Part shown: one piece after another, positions 56,099 to 64,000 of the stretch | Layout: each line of letters opens with the position of its first letter | Position numbering within the stretch: the first letter of the stretch is position 1 | DNA from: a virus | Lineage: Duplodnaviria > Caudoviricetes | Strand: one strand, 5' to 3' | Virus record (IMG/VR): IMGVR_UViG_3300013121_000019 | Location: 32,001-96,000 of that record | DNA length: 64,000 nucleotides | Translations under genes and position numbers: made by a program | The notes under the pieces: model-generated | Databases searched by the model: none | What the model saw: the letters and a program-made list of their open reading frames with translations, nothing else | What the model was told of the DNA's origin: nothing

Positions 56099-59000
56099 TT
56101 ACTTGATCACGTGCTGCTTGGTCTTGACCTCTTCCACGGTTTTGCCACGGAGCAGATCGCGTAGTTGCTCGTCCGTGAAGTTCGAACGAGTCCGGGCGCC
56201 AGATCTCTGAACCTCATACCTCGGGTCCACATGGTGTGCCCGGTACAGCTTGCCGGATCCAACGGCTACCAGGGCGGCTGCCGGCAAACCGCTTAGTGCA
56301 GCTGCGGGTGACCTCGTTGCGATGGCCGGTAGCGCGGTCATGAGGCCACCGCCAATTAGACCGCTCATTGCGATGCGTGCCTTGCTGAAGCGCTTGGCGC
56401 CGTCTGTGTTGGCTTCTGGTCGCTTGGCTCGCTCGTAGAATGCACGAAGCCCATCGACGAACTTCTTCTCATCCACAGGATCGAGAGCAGCATCGGTGCC
56501 ATCGCGCTCTAGCTCTCCGCCGAAGCGCTCCCAGTACTTGTTGAACAGGTCCTTCTCGCGGATGTTCTGCTGGTCGCCGACAATACTGCGGAGCTCGTCA
56601 GGTACCTTGCTGACCGGTGCGAACGCTACGTCCATCAGACCCTGTCCGGCGTGGGGCCCAAACACAGCTCCGAGCACCGGTGTGTACAGGGCTCCGATGT
56701 TCGGAATGCCGTGCGTGATGCCGCTGGTGACCGCGCCAAGACCAGCACCACCCGCGGCACCTCCGAGGATTGACCCAATTCGTCGGCGAATCCCATACCC
56801 GGGATCTTCCTCACGCTGACGCTTGCTCTTGGGTTGCTCGATCGGCAACAGCGCACCGTACAGTGCACCGATGGCGGCTCCGCCCATTGCCCTTTGAACG
56901 CTACCGGTCTTGACGGTGCTGTGCAGGGCCTTGTTCAGTTGTTCCTTGCTGTGCGCCACCCCGTAGACCCACTGATCGGGGCTCTTGTCCTTGTGGAACG
57001 GGTTGTAGAACACCGGCGCCGACGGATCCTGTAGCCGGTGCAGGATCGCGCTGGGGCTGATGTTGTCCCAGATACCAGCGGCGATCTCGCTGAGCCGCTC
57101 CTTGCTGGTCGACGGCAGCACCGACACGTAGCGGCGCACCACCACGTTGCGGTCCTCCGGCGCACGATGGCTGAGACCGCCAGCACGGATGCCCCGTGCT
57201 TCCGCCTGGTTGATCCGCTCCGGATTGAAGTGGCCGTCGAGCATTGCCATCATCGTGGTGTTCGGCAGGTCAAGACCCTCAGACCCAGCTGCCGAGATCA
57301 CGATCACCTTCTTCTTGCCGGCTCGGAAGTCCTGCACACCTTGTTGACGGGCGCCCTCGGTGACGCCCTCATTGCCCTTGCCGATGAACACCGCGTGGTC
57401 GATTCCACGTTGTTTCAGACCGGCCTGCAATACGTCAACACCTCCGTGGATGAGGTTCGTGTGGATCACGACCTGCCCGTCAGACGTCTCACCAAGGTGC
57501 TCCTCTACGTCATCGAGAAGTCGCTTGATCTTGGGAGTCTCGATGGCGGAGCGCTCGACCGACACGTTCTTGTCGATCGTATGGACGGAGTTCGACAGTT
57601 GCCGCATCCGGATGATCTTGCTGAACAGGTCGTTGACCTCAGCTCCGTTGAGCGAGCTCGAGTTCAGCCGGTACTTCAGTGCGGTGATCGGATCGAGCTT
57701 CTTGACGATGAACTTGTAGAGCGCCGCCTGATGCGGAGACATCTCAACCGATACGGTCTCGACGACCTTCTTCGGCTGGTTCTTCTGCACGTCCTCTGGC
57801 GCCACGTAGTGGATGTACGGGGCGATCAGACTGCGTAGTACCTGCGGGTTGTGCAGAACCTTGTTGCCCTGATCGTCCATCTTGACGAAGCGGCTCTCGA
57901 ATGCCGACTTCGAGCCCAGCACGTGTTTGCCGTCGGTCATCGCATCGACCAGCGGTACGAGGTCCGCAGGGGTGTTGCTGACGATCGAGCCGGTCATGCC
58001 GATGAAGTTGCGGTGATGAGGTCGTGCCTGCTTGATGGCTTCTGTCGTCAGCACGCCCTCATTCTTCGCCTTGTGGAGCTCGTCGTAGATGACGGTGTCG
58101 GCTCCGGCAGCCCGTACGTACTGGATTGGGTCCTTGCGGAACATGTCGTACGAGACGACGTGGTACCGGGCATGCGGATCCGGCCGCTCGAGAGATACAT
58201 GCGTTCCAGCCGCAACCTCTTGGCTGTTGCCGAACACGGCGCCCTTGGCGGCCGTGAACTTCTGAATCCCGTTCTCCAGGTAGTTCGCACGTAGGCTCGC
58301 CGGGGTAACGACGAGGGCCCGGTCTGCCAGACCGAGCCCACGTAGACGCTCAAACCCAGCGATGCTGGTGATGGTGTTGTGCAGCAGTAGACCGCCTACG
58401 CCGGCGACATAGTTCTTCTCGTCGTACTCGTCGCTGTCCACTTCAAGGTCGTAAACGAAACCGCCACGAGCTGACTCGTCGACTAGCGTCACCAGCTCGT
58501 ACCGTACCGCCGGATCCAGCAGGGCCTGTAGCTTGCGTACGCACTCAGTCAGCAGGGCCCGCGACTCCTTGAGGCATTGCAACGTTCTGGCGCTGTAGCT
58601 GCCGGCTGTACCACGTAGCTTGGCCGCTGCCTGCTCGTAGCGCTGTACACCGTCTGGCGACGACAAGAACTTCAAACGATTGATCAGCTGCCAGCAGCTG
58701 TCGGTCGACAACGTCTGCAGATCGCTCTTTCGCGTTAGCTGTAGTGTCTCCCAGGTGAAACCAGCGTCGGTCAGCTGGTCCAAGATATGCCGAACCGGAA
58801 TACCGAAGTTTGGGTTACGGGTGCGGCTTGCCACAAGCGCCAACGCACGCTGCTTGTAGTCGGTAGCGAAACCAACCTGCAGAAACGCTTCCGCATCCTC
58901 GCCACTGAATGACAGACGCCAGTAAGTGCGTCGGATGCGCGTGCCATTCGTGGCCATGCCGGTCTTAGAGTGTAGCGACGCTCGAACACCGAAGCGTAGC

Positions 59001-59974
59001 AACGCGTACTGGATCTGGATGGCCAACTCAGGCGATTTGGTGGTCAACTCGACCGATCCCTCGCCGACCGATCCCTCGGCATCGAACACGATCCGCAGCG
59101 CATCGCGCAGCTGTCGGTTAGACAACTGAAGGAACCAAGCGGGGAATGCCTTGGCGGACGATAGCCTGCCCCATGTGTATCCAAGGCTCTCCAGTAGCCG
59201 ACGATACTCAACAGAAGAGAAGCGCAAGTACGGCGTCTTCATCACGCCTTTGCGGCTCATCTTTGCAGGGCACACACTGCCGGTCGTACCGCGCGGCACA
59301 ACGCGATGAAGACGTTCTTTCAGATCATGAAGCAACGGCAGATTATCCTGCGTGATGCAGCAGCTACCATTGTTTGGTTGCTCATGCCCCTCGGTGATCT
59401 GCCACGACATCAGTGCCAGAATGTCGTCGTCTACCTCGTACGGGTCGATCGGCTCTTCGATTGATCGTGGGACTACGGCGAAGTCGCCTTCTTGCACGTA
59501 GCCAGCCGCAACCCACACAGCAGCGCCGCCGCGTACGATAGGCAGCGGGTGCTGACGCGTAATGTCGACCATTCCACCGCGCAGCGTCCCGATGCCGATG
59601 GTGGTCTCGGAAGACCGTAGACGCTGTCGGTATAGAGTGCGTACCGGTGTCCACCGGAACGCGCCATCTCGGTAGGACAGCACCTGCAGACCGTCAGCTG
59701 GTAGCGTCAGCTCGTCCTCCGGCCCTTCACGGCGCGTACCGAACAGCGTTTCGATCGCCAGCAGACCTCGGTTAGTCAGCACCGGCGTGCCACCGCGGAC
59801 GCATTTCCCAGACCCAACAGGATGCGCAAGCAGCAACTGCCCGCCCTGACGGACGAGCTTGTTGATGGCCTCCTCCTGATGCTGGTGGAGTTGGACCGAC
59901 GGCTTCAGACCCGATTGCTCGTTGGCGATCTTGTCGAGCTCGTCGACGAAGCTGGCCAATGTTACGGAGTTCAT
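56099..59974 (-). CDS. SNF2-family helicase/ATPase, intein-containing, with C-terminal Gly-zipper hydrophobic region
   Basis: HPVGSGK/T (I), VTPASL (Ia), DELHK (II), MTGS..SN (III), GSEGLDL (V), QAEARGIR (VI); likely start ATG 59974 after GAGG. Confidence 0.9.
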   Translation of the reverse strand: MNSVTLASFVDELDKIANEQSGLKPSVQLHQHQEEAINKLVRQGGQLLLAHPVGSGKCVRGGTPVLTNRGLLAIETLFGTRREGPEDELTLPADGLQVLSYRDGAFRWTPVRTLYRQRLRSSETTIGIGTLRGGMVDITRQHPLPIVRGGAAVWVAAGYVQEGDFAVVPRSIEEPIDPYEVDDDILALMSWQITEGHEQPNNGSCCITQDNLPLLHDLKERLHRVVPRGTTGSVCPAKMSRKGVMKTPYLRFSSVEYRRLLESLGYTWGRLSSAKAFPAWFLQLSNRQLRDALRIVFDAEGSVGEGSVELTTKSPELAIQIQYALLRFGVRASLHSKTGMATNGTRIRRTYWRLSFSGEDAEAFLQVGFATDYKQRALALVASRTRNPNFGIPVRHILDQLTDAGFTWETLQLTRKSDLQTLSTDSCWQLINRLKFLSSPDGVQRYEQAAAKLRGTAGSYSARTLQCLKESRALLTECVRKLQALLDPAVRYELVTLVDESARGGFVYDLEVDSDEYDEKNYVAGVGGLLLHNTITSIAGFERLRGLGLADRALVVTPASLRANYLENGIQKFTAAKGAVFGNSQEVAAGTHVSLERPDPHARYHVVSYDMFRKDPIQYVRAAGADTVIYDELHKAKNEGVLTTEAIKQARPHHRNFIGMTGSIVSNTPADLVPLVDAMTDGKHVLGSKSAFESRFVKMDDQGNKVLHNPQVLRSLIAPYIHYVAPEDVQKNQPKKVVETVSVEMSPHQAALYKFIVKKLDPITALKYRLNSSSLNGAEVNDLFSKIIRMRQLSNSVHTIDKNVSVERSAIETPKIKRLLDDVEEHLGETSDGQVVIHTNLIHGGVDVLQAGLKQRGIDHAVFIGKGNEGVTEGARQQGVQDFRAGKKKVIVISAAGSEGLDLPNTTMMAMLDGHFNPERINQAEARGIRAGGLSHRAPEDRNVVVRRYVSVLPSTSKERLSEIAAGIWDNISPSAILHRLQDPSAPVFYNPFHKDKSPDQWVYGVAHSKEQLNKALHSTVKTGSVQRAMGGAAIGALYGALLPIEQPKSKRQREEDPGYGIRRRIGSILGGAAGGAGLGAVTSGITHGIPNIGALYTPVLGAVFGPHAGQGLMDVAFAPVSKVPDELRSIVGDQQNIREKDLFNKYWERFGGELERDGTDAALDPVDEKKFVDGLRAFYERAKRPEANTDGAKRFSKARIAMSGLIGGGLMTALPAIATRSPAAALSGLPAAALVAVGSGKLYRAHHVDPRYEVQRSGARTRSNFTDEQLRDLLRGKTVEEVKTKQHVIK
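58376..59803 (-). mobile_element. intein with LAGLIDADG homing endonuclease (476 aa)
   Basis: Begins CVRGGTPV after GSGK; TRQHP block B; LMSWQITEG and LRIVFDAEG motifs; ends VYDLEV...LLHN before T. Confidence 0.92.
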
Positions 59975-60044
59975 CCTCACCTCACTGGCCTGCTGGGGCC
60001 GCCACCACTTTACCAATGGCGGCCCCTCGTGTCACTTCAGCGTG

Positions 60045-60788
60045 TCACTTCGGAGACGGCGCGTTGGTGCCTCCAGCATTGCCGGCCGCCTTCGAGATCA
60101 CCGTCAGTGCCGACACGTTGACCGGCACGGCACGCTCGAACTGCAGCGCAACCGACTCCTGGACCAGCACCCCCTGCGCGTCCGTCGCCCACGTGTGGTT
60201 CGGCACGTAGCACGCCTCGAGAACCAGCGCACCCAGCGTGTCGAGGTTGTTGTCGCGCATGTAGACCAGAAGGCCCACGGGCTGACTGAAGAGATCGCTC
60301 GCGAGGTTCAGGTAGATGTTCTCGTACCCCGGCGGGACGATGACGTCGTGCGGGTTGGCCATCGTGGCGCTGCCCTGGTTGGGGAACAGCGCCGGCACCA
60401 TCGTCGGCGGCACCAGGTCCTGGTAGTACGCGTACATCATCCGGAGCATCGACGGCCCGTGGTAGTAGATGCGGCTCATGCCGACCTGACCGACCGTGCG
60501 GCCCGCGATGAAGTAGCTTCGATCGGACCCGATCTCGAAGATCCGACTGAACTGCCGATTCTGGCTCAGGCTGAAGTTCTGCACGATGCCGAGCGGCATC
60601 CACATCTGGTTCGCCTGCTGCCCGTTCTTGATGGCGCCCTCGACCGCCGCAATGCCACCGATCTGGGCGACACGCGGCGGACCTGCGGCGATCATCGTGA
60701 AGCCGGCGTTCGCGAATGCGCCGTCGACCATCCCGCCCTGTACGTAGTTCTGGTACGGGGCCCAATCACTGAACTGTCCACCAGCCAT
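60045..60788 (-). CDS. tail tube-like protein
   Basis: Downstream of the sheath; GIVQNFSLSQNRQ..RIFEIGS pattern; AGGAG RBS. Confidence 0.7.
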   Translation of the reverse strand: MAGGQFSDWAPYQNYVQGGMVDGAFANAGFTMIAAGPPRVAQIGGIAAVEGAIKNGQQANQMWMPLGIVQNFSLSQNRQFSRIFEIGSDRSYFIAGRTVGQVGMSRIYYHGPSMLRMMYAYYQDLVPPTMVPALFPNQGSATMANPHDVIVPPGYENIYLNLASDLFSQPVGLLVYMRDNNLDTLGALVLEACYVPNHTWATDAQGVLVQESVALQFERAVPVNVSALTVISKAAGNAGGTNAPSPK

Positions 60789-60803
60789 CGGCTTCTCCTG
60801 TCT

Positions 60804-61577
60804 TCAGAGACGTTGAACTAGACGACCGTACGCTTCAGGGTCGTTGTGACGAAGAGCCGCTAGCGCCTCCATGACGGTCTCCTCGGTGTGCTCGTGAGCT
60901 GGCGGATGGTCCCGCTGCGTCAAGAGAGTCAAATTCGAAGGGTCGTTGTTTCGTCGGTTGCCGTCAATGTGATGAACGACCTCGTGCGGCTGTAGGGGTC
61001 GACCGAGCTTCTGCGCCACCACAAGCCGGTGCTCGAGCACACGCCCCTGACGAGTCGGACCCGTGTAGTCGGCCGGCGGTCTCACGAGCACGTAGCCGGC
61101 GCCATCGTAGATCGGCCCATCCTTAGGGGTACGCCCGCGGTTGATCAACGGGCGCAGCTGTCGACCGTTCTCGTCGATGATTCCGGCCTCTCGCTGCTGC
61201 GCATGTTTGGAGCACATGAACCGCGAGACAGGACGACCAGTGCAGCCCTTGACGATGCAGGGTTCGCACTGGTACTTCGATACGCGCTCAATCTTGGCCT
61301 CGAGAGCTCCTGATTTTCGTGCTCGTTGGTAGTGGTACATGCACAGGCCCCTAGCCTTGGGCCGCCGTGTGCACCCTTTGAGTCCACACTGCGCGTCATC
61401 GCCGTAGGAAACAACGCGCAGCGGGTCTCGCAGCTCAGTGCCGTCATCGGCGCGAATGCCTGCGCAAAGCTGGGCATAGTGCGTGTTGCACATCCCCTTT
61501 GCGACAGTCACCGTTGCGCATCCGACCACTTTGCAGATCTCCTTCGTAGCCTTCTTGGGCCTACCAGTCCTGGGCAT
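60804..61577 (-). CDS. free-standing HNH homing endonuclease
   Basis: GYVLV...VLEHRLVVAQKLGRPL...EVVHHIDGNRRNNDPSNL; three N-terminal C...GC...C..H repeats. Confidence 0.88.
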   Translation of the reverse strand: MPRTGRPKKATKEICKVVGCATVTVAKGMCNTHYAQLCAGIRADDGTELRDPLRVVSYGDDAQCGLKGCTRRPKARGLCMYHYQRARKSGALEAKIERVSKYQCEPCIVKGCTGRPVSRFMCSKHAQQREAGIIDENGRQLRPLINRGRTPKDGPIYDGAGYVLVRPPADYTGPTRQGRVLEHRLVVAQKLGRPLQPHEVVHHIDGNRRNNDPSNLTLLTQRDHPPAHEHTEETVMEALAALRHNDPEAYGRLVQRL

Positions 61578-61597
61578 GAGTCACCTCCGGTGAGGGA

Positions 61598-61606
61598 CTT
61601 ATACCA
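61598..61606 (-). promoter_or_regulatory. putative phage promoter variant TGGTATAAG
   Basis: Between the sheath stop and the HNH RBS. Confidence 0.45.
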
Positions 61607-61616
61607 CAAGCTAGTT

Positions 61617-64000
61617 TCAAATGACCAAAGTGTGTCGGACGTAATTGCAGGGGAACGGAACATCGAGGGTGCTGTCGAGCAGCACCGCATCGGGCTCCGC
61701 TTCATCCTGCACGATGTTGTTGAGGCTCGCGCCGATCAGCACGCCAGCGTCCGTGAGGAACGTGAACAGGCCCTGGGTGACCTGACCGAGCGTGTCGAGG
61801 AAGCCCTGGTTGATGTTGTAGCGACCGATGAAGTTCTTGAGGCCACGCCGAACGAACTTCGCCGTGAAGTCGACCACCTTGGTGATCGAGTCCGTGCGGG
61901 CCTCGACCGACGTCATGTTGGTCGTCAGCGCCATGCGGGTCGTGATGGCCGCGCCAGGCGAGTCCTGGACGAGGATCCACACACCGCCGGCCGCGATGAT
62001 GTTGAGCTGCTTCTCCGTGAAGTAGCCGTTCGAACCGATGACCCGGGTGTAGCCGGTCAGCGGGAAGTTCGTGAACGACAGCTGCGGAGGCTGCTGCGAG
62101 ATCGCGCCCACGAGGCCGGCGTTCATGTAGAAGCCCTCGATGACCTGCTCGACGCCATCGATGATCGCTGCCGTCTTGTCCGGCATCGTCATCCACACAC
62201 GGCGGTTGCCGTAGGACTGGCCGATCTGCTGGTACGTCACGGCCATGTTGAGCTTGTCGGGATCGCCGTTCGTCAGCGTCAGGGCGGCGCCACGAATGCG
62301 GATCGCGAAGGTCTCATCGATCAGTGGATCCGTGAGTGTGTCGGTCGTGAAGAACTCGTCGTCGTTCTCACCCGTGGTGAACGTGTTGCGCAGCGTGATG
62401 ATCGGGCCATCGATGGACTCGATCGAGTACGCGTTGTCGTCGCTCGCCAGGTCGAGGAACAGCTGGTCCTCGACCGGGATCGTCGTCGTCGGATCGAGGC
62501 CAGCCGCCAGCACGAGCGCAGCGAGGTTCTGGATGCCGGTGTCGAACTCCAGCAGGCTCGGGTTGTTCGTCAGGTTGCCCTGCGCACCAGAGGCCACCAG
62601 CGTGTCGACGCGACGCACCGGCTGCTTCTGGTTCACCAGCACGATGCGCTCGAGCTTGTTGGTCGGCTCCGAGAGCGTCGTGACGTGCGTCCCGAAGACC
62701 TGGTGGACCACCGGGTTGTGCGTCAGCGGAGCGATGCCGTAGACGTCGAACTGCTCGAGGAACTCCGCAGCACGCGTGAAGCCCGCGACGGTGCCGAACG
62801 GCTCATCCGCAGAGATCTCATCGACGCCGATCGCGTTGATCGAAACGCCGGGAGCGTTCTGAAGTGCGAAGAACACGCCCAGCGGCATCGGGTTCTGCGT
62901 GTTGATGGGCGCGCAGATGTTGCCGAGCTGCGTCGTGTCGTCGAAGCTCAGCAGGGCAGCGTTCTTCGCACGCGCCGTCAGGTCGAGGCGAACCGCGTGG
63001 TACGCCAGGTAGATGCTGGCCTTGTTGGATGCCGGGGGGTTGCCGGTCGTGTCGCGAAGCAGGTCGTGCTTGATCGTCACGGTGCCGGTGGCGCTCACCC
63101 GGAGGTTCGGGAGCGGACGACCAGCCGCCGGGGGATCCTTGAGGTTCCGGGCGATGATGTAGAAGCGGCTGCCGGTGAACGTCAGCGGTAGCTGGCGGCT
63201 CAGCCGCACGTAGTTCGTGACGCCACCGGGCGCGACCTTGTTGATCAGGCCGTACGAGACACCATCGATGAACAGCTCATCACCCGCCTGTACCGGGTGC
63301 GGGCTACCGACGGTCGTCCCAACCGTCAGCCCCAGCAACGTCAGGGCTGTGCCGCCGAGGATCTTGATCTTGCCGTCGTAGCCTTCGGCCTGCGACGTCA
63401 GCCGCAGGTAGTTGGTGTTGACGAGATCCGCCACGATACCGTCACCGTCGTCCATCACGGCGTTGATGGCATCCACGACCGCATCACCATCCGCGACCGC
63501 GGGGAACACGATCGTCTGCGGCTGACGACCGTCGCTGATGATCAGGGTCGTGTCCTCGAGGTCCGTGAGCGTCTGGCTGACCGACAGATCACCAGAACCT
63601 TCGACGACCGCAGCCGTAGCCGCTGCCGTCAGGTTCTCGTTCGAGAGCAGCACCACCGGCGTCACGGCGTCGCCGTTGCCATCATCGACGGCCTGCACCG
63701 AGTAGGTGCCGGAAGCCGACAGGTTGCCGCCCGTGAAGCCCAGCGTGGCGGCCTTGGTACCGCCCGTGAGCGTCACGATGGCCGTCGGGCCGGTGTTGTC
63801 CGCGAGCGTCGAGATCGCGAGCTTGCCGCCGCTCAAGCTGGCGAGAGCCTTGGCCGCGAAACCAGTGAACGCCTGCACCTGGCTGACGACCTCATTGGCC
63901 GTCGTCGGGTAGCTGAACACCCCGTTGATGGTCGTGTTGACCCCACCCTTGGTGATGCGGATCGTCAGCGTGCCGTTCGAGAGATCACCGTTGACACCGC
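61617..64000 (-). CDS. contractile tail sheath protein (5' part outside the window)
   Basis: Frame open to the window edge; C-terminal QLNIIAAGGVWIL...TRMALTT...SITKVVDF..K.VR..L..FIG...VPFPCNY resembles the sheath C-domain. Confidence 0.8.
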   Translation of the reverse strand, partial: GVNGDLSNGTLTIRITKGGVNTTINGVFSYPTTANEVVSQVQAFTGFAAKALASLSGGKLAISTLADNTGPTAIVTLTGGTKAATLGFTGGNLSASGTYSVQAVDDGNGDAVTPVVLLSNENLTAAATAAVVEGSGDLSVSQTLTDLEDTTLIISDGRQPQTIVFPAVADGDAVVDAINAVMDDGDGIVADLVNTNYLRLTSQAEGYDGKIKILGGTALTLLGLTVGTTVGSPHPVQAGDELFIDGVSYGLINKVAPGGVTNYVRLSRQLPLTFTGSRFYIIARNLKDPPAAGRPLPNLRVSATGTVTIKHDLLRDTTGNPPASNKASIYLAYHAVRLDLTARAKNAALLSFDDTTQLGNICAPINTQNPMPLGVFFALQNAPGVSINAIGVDEISADEPFGTVAGFTRAAEFLEQFDVYGIAPLTHNPVVHQVFGTHVTTLSEPTNKLERIVLVNQKQPVRRVDTLVASGAQGNLTNNPSLLEFDTGIQNLAALVLAAGLDPTTTIPVEDQLFLDLASDDNAYSIESIDGPIITLRNTFTTGENDDEFFTTDTLTDPLIDETFAIRIRGAALTLTNGDPDKLNMAVTYQQIGQSYGNRRVWMTMPDKTAAIIDGVEQVIEGFYMNAGLVGAISQQPPQLSFTNFPLTGYTRVIGSNGYFTEKQLNIIAAGGVWILVQDSPGAAITTRMALTTNMTSVEARTDSITKVVDFTAKFVRRGLKNFIGRYNINQGFLDTLGQVTQGLFTFLTDAGVLIGASLNNIVQDEAEPDAVLLDSTLDVPFPCNYVRHTLVI

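Overview
This window looks like part of a large, GC-rich tailed (myovirus-like, probably jumbo) phage genome, with no host housekeeping genes or rRNA/tRNA evident. Most genes are short, tightly packed minus-strand hypotheticals. Recognisable genes include a tail sheath (cut by the window end), a tail tube-like protein, an intein-containing SNF2 helicase, HNH and GIY-YIG endonucleases, GroES, RNase HII, dNMP kinase, dCMP deaminase, MazG-like, ParB-like and DUF932 proteins, a pyrimidine-dimer glycosylase, an SLT transglycosylase, a peptidoglycan-binding lysin, a papain-like protease and three DUF2829/Tad2-like genes. The standout is a self-contained transcription unit at about 4.7-6.04 kb. It has a promoter, a lone RAMP/Cas7-like gene (4763-5419), about 580 nt of non-coding sequence and a UUCG terminator. 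The non-coding part is built from a strict 5-nt period (fixed RGC-type triplet plus a variable dinucleotide) and is cut into about 12 units of 5n+4 nt by NGC-N-GGC junctions. It looks like a non-CRISPR, RNA-guided system in which the variable dinucleotides carry the information. Other notable signals are a -1 frameshift site (GGGAAAT) of the tail-chaperone G/GT type, a ~400-nt structured ncRNA candidate at 44.2-44.6 kb, and recurrent phage-specific promoter (CGGHATAAS) and terminator-tail (TTT..TAGCTAC) motifs. All family calls come from motif recognition by eye, not database searches.
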